Source of the DNA: Candidatus Omnitrophota bacterium
GTDB lineage: Bacteria > Omnitrophota > Gorgyraeia > Tantalellales > Tantalellaceae
Length of the DNA stretch: 61,187 nucleotides
Direction: 5' to 3'
Assembly (NCBI GenBank): GCA_043822245.1
Contig: JBDRBY010000046.1
Location: 1 to 61,187, forward strand
Position numbers and translations under genes: made by a program. Positions 54,885-61,187 of this stretch are shown here, in pieces; position 1 is the stretch's first letter; each line of letters starts with the position of its first letter. A model generated the notes under the pieces. The model was not told the origin of the DNA and made no database searches. It saw only the letters and a program-made list of their open reading frames with translations.

Positions 54885-55736
54885 ATGAAAAAAATAGTTG
54901 TTATTGGCATGGGGCTTATTGGAGGGTCCATTGGCAAGGCTGTTATAAAAAGATCTCCGGTCAGAGAAGTGATTGGGGTTTGCCGCAGCCAGTCTTCATT
55001 GGAGAGGGCTGTTAAAGAAAAAGCCTTGACTAAAGGATATGTAAACGATTACGAAAAAGCTTTCCGTGGCGCGGAACTTATTGTTATCGCGGTTCCTTTT
55101 CACAAGATACAAAATATATTAGAAGAGATATCCGGAATAATCACGGACAAAACGACCGTTGTTACAGATGTGGGCAGCGCGAAAAAAACCATAGTTAAAT
55201 ATGCCGCTCGTTTCAAAAATCAGTTTTCTTTTGTGGGCGCTCATCCGCTCGCGGGTTCGGAAAAAACAGGCGTGGAAAATTCCGACGCGGATCTTTTTCA
55301 AGGTGCGTCGTGCGTGTTAACGCGCGCTTCGGCGACAGTAGAAAAAGACCTTAAGGAAGTCCGTGTTTTTTGGGAGAGTATTGGGGCAAAGGTAAGCATT
55401 GAAACACCGGATAAGCATGACGAGATAGTGGCTTTTACAAGCCACCTGCCTCACGCGGTCGCTTACGCTTTAACCGGAACAGGCGTCAAAAAGAAAGAAT
55501 GGGTTAAATACATCTCAAGCGGGTTTAGAGATACAACACGCGTGGCGTCTTCAGATCCGGCGCTATGGAGCAATATCTTTTTGAACAATAAAGGCCATTT
55601 ATTAAAAGCTGTCAATGAATTTAAAAAAATACTTTCCGGCATAGAAAAAGATATACTTTCTGAAAAAAAAGACGCTCTTGAAAATAGGTTTAAGACGTAT
55701 AAGGAGAAGAGGGATGACATCTTTCAAAAACGCTAA
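54885..55736 (+). CDS. tyrA: prephenate dehydrogenase
   Basis: KIVVIGMGLIGGSIG NAD fold plus GAHPLAGSEKTG and SHLPH. ATG 54885 is preferred because ORF start 54831 lies inside the repeat cap. Confidence 0.85.
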   Translation: MKKIVVIGMGLIGGSIGKAVIKRSPVREVIGVCRSQSSLERAVKEKALTKGYVNDYEKAFRGAELIVIAVPFHKIQNILEEISGIITDKTTVVTDVGSAKKTIVKYAARFKNQFSFVGAHPLAGSEKTGVENSDADLFQGASCVLTRASATVEKDLKEVRVFWESIGAKVSIETPDKHDEIVAFTSHLPHAVAYALTGTGVKKKEWVKYISSGFRDTTRVASSDPALWSNIFLNNKGHLLKAVNEFKKILSGIEKDILSEKKDALENRFKTYKEKRDDIFQKR

Positions 55737-56403
55737 AACCATAGCGATTGACGGGCCCGCCGGAAGCGGTAAAAGCACGGTAAGTAAACTTACCGCGGAA
55801 AGATTGGGGTATATGTACGTGGATACGGGCGCTATGTACAGAGCGTTAACCTTGAAAGTGATGAAAAAAAATATCAGTTTCGATAATAAAGAAGAAATCA
55901 TAAAACTTTCAGCGAATCTTGATTTAAAATTTTTAGTATCCGAAGAAAAAACAAAGACTAATCGCGTTGTATTAGACGGATTTGACATCACAGCGGAAAT
56001 TAGAAAAATGGAAGTTACTGGCAATGTCAAGTATGTCGCGAAAATCCCCGCTGTTAGAGAAAACATGGTTAATTTTCAAAGGCGGCTGATAGAAGAGATG
56101 AATCACGGTGCGGTTATGGAAGGCAGGGATATAGGTACCGTGGTACTTCCGGGGGCAAAATACAAGTTTTATCTTGACGCTTCTTTTGACGAACGAGTCG
56201 AACGCCGGCTGGCGGAACTAAAAGCGAAAGGCGAGGTTATCACGCGTGATGAGGTGGCAAATGACCTTAAACAGCGGGACCATACTGACAAGACGCGAGA
56301 AACAGGCCCCCTGCGCAAAGCCGCTGACGCGCTATACCTCGACACAACAAATCTTTCCGTCGAAGAGGTTATTACGAAAATTATTACTTGTATAAACCCG
56401 TAG
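55714..56403 (+). CDS. cmk: (d)CMP kinase
   Basis: IAIDGPAGSGKSTVSK P-loop, DTGAMYRA and GRDIGTVV. ATG 55714 is preferred over ORF start 55678. Confidence 0.9.
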   Translation: MTSFKNAKTIAIDGPAGSGKSTVSKLTAERLGYMYVDTGAMYRALTLKVMKKNISFDNKEEIIKLSANLDLKFLVSEEKTKTNRVVLDGFDITAEIRKMEVTGNVKYVAKIPAVRENMVNFQRRLIEEMNHGAVMEGRDIGTVVLPGAKYKFYLDASFDERVERRLAELKAKGEVITRDEVANDLKQRDHTDKTRETGPLRKAADALYLDTTNLSVEEVITKIITCINP

Positions 56404-56423
56404 GGCAAAGGCACGCCTTTGCC
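56400..56423. repeat. GTAG-prefixed hairpin whose TAG is the cmk stop codon
   Basis: GTAGGGCAAAGG-CACG-CCTTTGCC; TAG at 56401-56403. Paralogue of 24657-24680. Confidence 0.8.
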
Positions 56424-56440
56424 GATACACCCCAAAACAA

Positions 56441-57049
56441 ATGTTTTACAGAATCTCACGATTTATATTTAAAGTGTTTCTTTATATTTTTTTTAAGATC
56501 CGTTTTTTCGGCAAAGAGAATATTCCGGACAGACCGTATATTGTTGCGGCAAATCATGCTAGTTTAATAGATCCTCCTTTAGTTGGGGTAGCTTGTGAGA
56601 AAGACGACGTAGATTTCATGGCTAAAGAGGAACTTTTTAACGCTCCTATTTTAGGGCTTTGGACTCGTTCAGTAGGCTGTATTAAAGTGAGGCGCGGGGC
56701 AAACAGTGTCAAAAGTTTAAAAGAAGCGCTAAGGCGTGTAAATAATGGCAGGGTTGTTAGTGTTTTTCCCGAAGGAACCAGATCTAGTGACGGAAGCCTA
56801 CAGTCGGCAAAAAGAGGTATTGGCTTTTTGATTGCTCGGGCAAATGTTCCGGTTGTTCCAATTTATATCCAAAATTCAGCGCAAGCTATGCCGAAGAGTG
56901 GAGGGATTAAACCAGGGGTGACTATTAATATTTTTATCGGTAAACCAATTTTGCCGGATGATTTCAAAAGCAGTGAAGATTCATCAAAAAGAGATTACGA
57001 AAAAGTATCCAACATTGTTATGGAGCACATTTCCGCGTTAGTGAAATAA
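56441..57049 (+). CDS. plsC: 1-acyl-sn-glycerol-3-phosphate acyltransferase
   Basis: NHASLIDP (H(x4)D block) and FPEGTRS block; 202 aa. Confidence 0.85.
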   Translation: MFYRISRFIFKVFLYIFFKIRFFGKENIPDRPYIVAANHASLIDPPLVGVACEKDDVDFMAKEELFNAPILGLWTRSVGCIKVRRGANSVKSLKEALRRVNNGRVVSVFPEGTRSSDGSLQSAKRGIGFLIARANVPVVPIYIQNSAQAMPKSGGIKPGVTINIFIGKPILPDDFKSSEDSSKRDYEKVSNIVMEHISALVK

Positions 57050-57194
57050 TCCCCAGCAATATAGACATATGTCTTGACATAAGGGATAACAAGGGAACAG
57101 CACCCTTTAAAAGCAAAACGAAGGGGTACCACTTGTGGAAAAAATCTCCCCCGGTCCCTTTTTGTTAAAGAGGGAAAAATTAATTGAAAAATTC

Positions 57195-57217
57195 GTAGGG
57201 GCACCCTTGTGGTTGCC
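57195..57217. repeat. GTAG-prefixed hairpin GTAGGGGCACCCTTGTGGTTGCC
   Basis: GGCACC-CTTGT-GGTTGCC imperfect stem after GTAG. Confidence 0.6.
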
Positions 57218-57255
57218 TTTTTTAAAGGGGAGCGTGCGAGGCAATTAAATAACGA

Positions 57256-57284
57256 TTGCATATTTTTGTTAAAAAGAGTAAAAT
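57256..57284 (+). promoter_or_regulatory. sigma-70-like promoter of rpsA
   Basis: TTGCAT (57256-57261), 17 nt, TAAAAT (57279-57284). Confidence 0.4.
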
Positions 57285-57362
57285 ACAGATTTAAGTGGTG
57301 ATTTAAAATCAGAACGAGAGGTGCCCCTGTGTCGGGGGAACCATTAGGAGGGTGATTCGTTA

Positions 57363-58964
57363 ATGGAATTCGAAAAAAGGACAGACAAACTAAGTGTGGA
57401 GCTCGCGGAGCTTTACGAGAAAAGTATAGTAGACATCAAAGAGGGACAACTTTTAAAAGGTCGGATAGTTCAGATGACTGAGAAGGAGATTTTGGTAGAC
57501 ATCGGATATAAATCTGAAGGCGTTATCTACAAGTCGGAGCTTACCAACGCGGACAAGTTAAAGATTGGTTCGGAGATCGATGTTATGCTTGAAGCCAAAG
57601 AGAACGATGTGGGAATGGTCGTACTTTCTCATGATAAGGCAAAGAAGTTCAGAGGCTGGCAGAGTATCATGACGAACAATAAAGAAGGCGATATTGTTGA
57701 AGGCAAGGTAATGAAGAAAGTAAGAGGCGGGTTTATGGTGGATGTGGGGATGGAAGCCTTTTTGCCTGCTAGCCTATCCATGATGCAGGATTTCGGCGGA
57801 GGCGATAATATCGTGGGCCGGACTATGGAATTTAAGATAGTAAAGATCAATATCGCGCGTAAAAACATAGTGCTTTCAAGAAAAGAGATTGTTGAAGAAA
57901 AACGGCGCGATGAAAAGCGCACGATAATGGAAAGCCTGAACAGGGGAGATATTGTTAAAGGTATTGTGCGCAACATAACTGATTTTGGAGCCTTTGTTGA
58001 TATCGGCGGAGGAATAACGGGGCTTCTCCATATTACTGATATGAGCTGGGCCAGAGTTAATCATCCGAGTGAGGTTGTGAAAATTGACGATGAAATAGAG
58101 GTCAAGGTTTTGGATTTTGATAAAAAAACGGTCCGGGTTTCTTTAGGCTTGAAACAAAGTGGACCCAATCCGTGGGAGAGCATAGCCGAGAAGTATACAG
58201 AAGGTGCCATAGTTTCCGGCAAGGTTTCAAACGTTATGCCGTATGGGATATTTGTTGAGCTGGAGAAGGGGATAGAAGGTCTGATTCATATTTCCGAATT
58301 TTCCTGGTCCAAAAGATTTAATCATCCCAATGAGAAATTCAAAGTAGGAGATAAAGTCGAAGCTGTTGTTTTAAAAGTTGATAAAGACAAGCAGAAACTT
58401 TCTTTAGGGATAAAACAGTTGGATAAAGATCCATGGGAAGGGGTAGAAGAGCGTTATAAAGTCGGCGAATATCTGAAGGGAAAAATTAGCACTGTAACGG
58501 ATTACGGCGCGTTTGTAGAGTTGGAAAAGGGGATTGAGGCGCTCATTCATGTTTCAGATTTGTCGTGGACAAAAAGAATTACTCATCCTAAGGAACTTTT
58601 GAAAAAAGGCAGTGAAATAGAAGGCGTAGTTTTAAACGTTGATGAACAAAATAGACGGATAGCTCTCGGTGTAAAACAATTGACTCAAGATCCGTGGGAT
58701 GAGATAGTAAAGAAATACAATCCCGGCACGGTCTGTGAAGGCAAAGTTGTTAATATTACCAACTTTGGTATATTCGTAGAGCTTGAAAAAGATTTGGAAG
58801 GGCTCCTGCATGTTTCAGAAACCAGTCTTGCTGTTTCCCAGAAGATGGAAGATCTATACAAGGTTGGCGATGCCGTTAAAGTAAAGGTTATCCACATAGA
58901 CGGGATCCAAAAAAAGATTGCGCTCAGTACTAAATTAGAAGAAGAGGGGTCTGTGGATAAATGA
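57363..58964 (+). CDS. rpsA: 30S ribosomal protein S1 (six S1 domains)
   Basis: Repeated G.iv.G.V......GafV.l..g.eGl.H.Se.s motifs occur six times. Classic cmk-rpsA neighbourhood. 533 aa. Confidence 0.95.
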   Translation: MEFEKRTDKLSVELAELYEKSIVDIKEGQLLKGRIVQMTEKEILVDIGYKSEGVIYKSELTNADKLKIGSEIDVMLEAKENDVGMVVLSHDKAKKFRGWQSIMTNNKEGDIVEGKVMKKVRGGFMVDVGMEAFLPASLSMMQDFGGGDNIVGRTMEFKIVKINIARKNIVLSRKEIVEEKRRDEKRTIMESLNRGDIVKGIVRNITDFGAFVDIGGGITGLLHITDMSWARVNHPSEVVKIDDEIEVKVLDFDKKTVRVSLGLKQSGPNPWESIAEKYTEGAIVSGKVSNVMPYGIFVELEKGIEGLIHISEFSWSKRFNHPNEKFKVGDKVEAVVLKVDKDKQKLSLGIKQLDKDPWEGVEERYKVGEYLKGKISTVTDYGAFVELEKGIEALIHVSDLSWTKRITHPKELLKKGSEIEGVVLNVDEQNRRIALGVKQLTQDPWDEIVKKYNPGTVCEGKVVNITNFGIFVELEKDLEGLLHVSETSLAVSQKMEDLYKVGDAVKVKVIHIDGIQKKIALSTKLEEEGSVDK

Positions 58965-59308
58965 GATTACCGCGGGCGTTAATGGTGGCCTGGATATTTT
59001 TAACGTTTGCTGTTGATTCGCACGCGTTGTTAGTAAGCCAGACCGCTAAAGCTGAGAGTGAAAAAAAACAAAGCTTTGGAGCAAATTCTTCAGATGTGTG
59101 TTCGGAGTCGGTTGAGCTTAAATTGCTGGATGAATATTTAAACAGGAAAATTAAAAATATTCTTGCCGCGATTGAAGGCCTTTCAGAACGGTTTTCCGAT
59201 ATAGAACAAAAACTTGCCGATCTCAATTTATCGATTAATAAAATAATGGAAAAAATAGATGGTGTCATAAACAAACCTCATCAAGAAGTTAAAATGGAGT
59301 TTAGGTAA
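58961..59308 (+). CDS. hypothetical secreted coiled-coil protein
   Basis: Signal-peptide-like MRLPRALMVAWIFLTFAVDSHA. The start overlaps the rpsA stop (ATGA). No family recognised. Confidence 0.45.
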   Translation: MRLPRALMVAWIFLTFAVDSHALLVSQTAKAESEKKQSFGANSSDVCSESVELKLLDEYLNRKIKNILAAIEGLSERFSDIEQKLADLNLSINKIMEKIDGVINKPHQEVKMEFR

Positions 59309-59397
59309 GTTTGTTGGGATTACTTCGTCACCGTTTTACTCGCAATGACATGAAACGGGCCTTGGTCTGTTTCTTAAGCTAAGCCTGATTCTAAATC

Positions 59398-60594
59398 ATG
59401 TATTCATTATCAGAACAAATCACAAAAATAAAAAGAGGGACGGAGGAAATAATAAATCTTCCGGAATTAGAAAAGAAGATTTCTTTAAAACGTCCTCTTA
59501 TCGTAAAGGCGGGGTTTGACCCTTCCGCGCCGGATATACATTTAGGCCATACTGTTCTCCTGCGCAAGATGCGGCATTTTCAAGAATTGGGGCATGACGT
59601 TTATTTTCTTATAGGAGATTTTACCGGCCGCATAGGAGACCCCTCGGGGCGTTCAAAAACGCGTAAGACACTTTCTCAAGATGAAGTTAGAGAAAATGCC
59701 GCCACGTACAAAAAACAAATATTTAAAATACTCGCGAAGGATAAAACAAAAATAGTTTTTAATTCAAAATGGTGTTCAAAACTTGGGACCGAAGGTATAT
59801 CTGATCTTTTATCCCGGTACACTGTGGCGCGGATGCTTGAGAGAAATGATTTTCAGAATAGATACAAAAAAAATGAACCGATAAGCATGATTGAGTTTTT
59901 GTACCCGCTTTTGCAGGGATACGATTCGGTTGTTATGAAAGCGGATGTTGAATTGGGGGGCACGGATCAAAAGTTTAATTTGCTTGTCGGAAGAGACCTT
60001 CAGAGAAGTTACGGCATTGATGAACAAGTGGTGATTACTCTGCCTATCCTTGAAGGGCTTGCCGGCGTGGATAAAATGTCAAAGTCTCTCAATAATTATG
60101 TGGGCATAAACGACGCTCCGGATGAGATGTTTGGAAAAATTATGTCCATCTCGGATAGTTTAATGTGGCGCTATTATGAGCTTCTTACAGATGAAGACTA
60201 TCTCAAAATAAAAGCCAGTGTTGAAAGCGGCGGGATGCATCCTAAAAAAGTTAAATCTGATTTGGCGAAAACAATTGTCGCGGAATACCATGACAGAGAT
60301 GCCGCGGCGGAGGCTTGCAAAAATTTTGAAACAGTATTCACAAAAAGGAAAGAGCCGGAAGAGATGCCGGAATATTTTTTTACCGTGCCCGAGATTAACC
60401 CAATTGACGCTATGGTGAAGACAGGATGCGCCGGTTCAAAAAGCGAGGCGCGGCGGTTGATAGAACAGGGCGCGGTATTTTTTGACGGCAAAAAAATTGA
60501 AGACATAAACATGAAACTTGATTTGGATAAAGCTGGAAAAATATTAAAAGTCGGCAAGCGCAGATTTCGAAAAATATTTCAAAAAAAAGCTTGA
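59398..60594 (+). CDS. tyrS: tyrosine--tRNA ligase (with C-terminal S4 domain)
   Basis: GFDPSAPDIHLGH (HIGH), KMSKS present (DKMSKSLNN) and C-terminal S4 (SKSEARRLIEQGAV..DG); 398 aa. Confidence 0.95.
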   Translation: MYSLSEQITKIKRGTEEIINLPELEKKISLKRPLIVKAGFDPSAPDIHLGHTVLLRKMRHFQELGHDVYFLIGDFTGRIGDPSGRSKTRKTLSQDEVRENAATYKKQIFKILAKDKTKIVFNSKWCSKLGTEGISDLLSRYTVARMLERNDFQNRYKKNEPISMIEFLYPLLQGYDSVVMKADVELGGTDQKFNLLVGRDLQRSYGIDEQVVITLPILEGLAGVDKMSKSLNNYVGINDAPDEMFGKIMSISDSLMWRYYELLTDEDYLKIKASVESGGMHPKKVKSDLAKTIVAEYHDRDAAAEACKNFETVFTKRKEPEEMPEYFFTVPEINPIDAMVKTGCAGSKSEARRLIEQGAVFFDGKKIEDINMKLDLDKAGKILKVGKRRFRKIFQKKA

Positions 60595-60618
60595 CAAGAT
60601 TATATAATCAAGTACAAT
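60591..60618 (+). promoter_or_regulatory. rRNA operon promoter
   Basis: TTGACA (60591-60596, overlapping the tyrS stop), 16 nt, TACAAT (60613-60618), with an upstream A-tract (UP-like). Confidence 0.5.
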
Positions 60619-60636
60619 ACCACTTGCGCCTGGATA

Positions 60637-60671
60637 AAAACTCTCCTGCGTTGTAATTGCAGGAGAGTTTT
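60637..60671 (+). promoter_or_regulatory. 13-bp-stem hairpin in the rRNA leader (boxB-like or tyrS terminator)
   Basis: AAAACTCTCCTGC-GTTGTAATT-GCAGGAGAGTTTT followed by GTTT. Confidence 0.4.
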
Positions 60672-60682
60672 GTTTAGGCAAA

Positions 60683-60694
60683 GTTCTTTGAAAA
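60683..60694 (+). promoter_or_regulatory. boxA-like antitermination motif
   Basis: GTTCTTTGAAAA versus E. coli boxA GCTCTTTAACAA (from memory). Lies downstream of the hairpin and 36 nt before the 16S. Confidence 0.3.
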
Positions 60695-60729
60695 TCAAAT
60701 AGTCAAAAGCACATGGGTCTTTGAAGATT

Positions 60730-61187
60730 AAACTGGAGAGTTTGATCCTGGCTCAGAACGAACGCTGGCGGCGTGGATTAGGCATGCAAGTCGAACGATC
60801 CCTTTCTTTGAGGGGGATAGTGGCAAACGGGTGAGTAACGCGTGAGTAATTTACCTTTGGGTTTGGAACAACCTGTCGAAAGGCAGGCTAATACCGGATA
60901 AGACCACAATTCCTAAGGAATTGCGGTTAAAGGTGGGGATCCTGAAAATGGACCTATCGCCCATTGATGAGCTCGCGTCCTATCAGCTTGTTGGTGAGGT
61001 AAAAGCTTACCAAGGCGATGACGGGTAGCTGGTCTGAGAGGATGGTCAGCCACACTGGGACTGAGACACTGCCCAGACTCCTACGGGAGGCTGCAGTCGA
61101 GAATCTTTTGCAATGCCCGAAAGGGTGACAATGCGACGCCGCGTGAGCGATGAAGGCCTTCGGGTTGTAAAGCTCTGTCAGCTCGGA
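60730..61187 (+). rRNA. rrs: 16S ribosomal RNA, 5' ~460 nt (truncated by window edge)
   Basis: AGAGTTTGATCCTGGCTCAG (27F site) at 60737-60756, ...GGCGGCGTGGATTAGGCATGCAAGTCGAACG, and ACTCCTACGGGAGGCTGCAGTCGAGAATCTTTTGCAATG (the 341-360 region). Confidence 0.97.

Overview
This 61.2-kb window comes from a diderm, moderately AT-rich bacterium. The partial 16S at the 3' edge carries GGCTGCAGTCGAGAATCTT, which I associate from memory with PVC-type lineages such as Omnitrophota; that is an inference, not a search result. Nt 1-11,700 look accessory: a truncated Fic gene, an AbrB/RelE-type toxin-antitoxin cassette bracketed by 18-bp direct repeats, a HicA remnant, a ~1,630-aa ORF with a complete sigma-70 module buried inside it, an FCY1-type cytosine deaminase, a lipoprotein/beta-barrel cluster, and an unknown membrane protein on the minus strand. 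Nt 11,700-60,600 are about 50 kb of co-directional (+) housekeeping genes: hydrolase-glpK-G3P dehydrogenase, rfaE-kdsBADC, queDCEF, lpxL-like-lptC/A-lptB, hpf, tig-clpP, an aminotransferase and serA, purA, uppS-cdsA-dxr-rseP-ispG-proS, rimP-nusA-infB-trpS-scpAB, pheA-hisC-aroF-tyrA-cmk-plsC-rpsA and tyrS. An rRNA promoter/leader and the 16S 5' end follow. The most unusual signal is non-coding. At least 13 intergenic loci carry one element family: tandem arrays around a constant hairpin core CTTTGAAAAAG, closed by a conserved 'cap' CCCCCCTTTGAAAAAGGGGGCTAGGGGGATTTAA. One intact DUF559 (Vsr-like nuclease) gene and two clearly decayed DUF559 copies each lie exactly between a (+) cap and an inverted (-) cap. 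This resembles a REPtron but with a different nuclease family. A second family of GTAG-prefixed hairpins (REP-like) and several smaller repeat classes fill other gaps. No tRNA, CRISPR array or recognisable transposase was seen. All calls are by-eye motif and translation reading; no database search, GC computation or folding was run.
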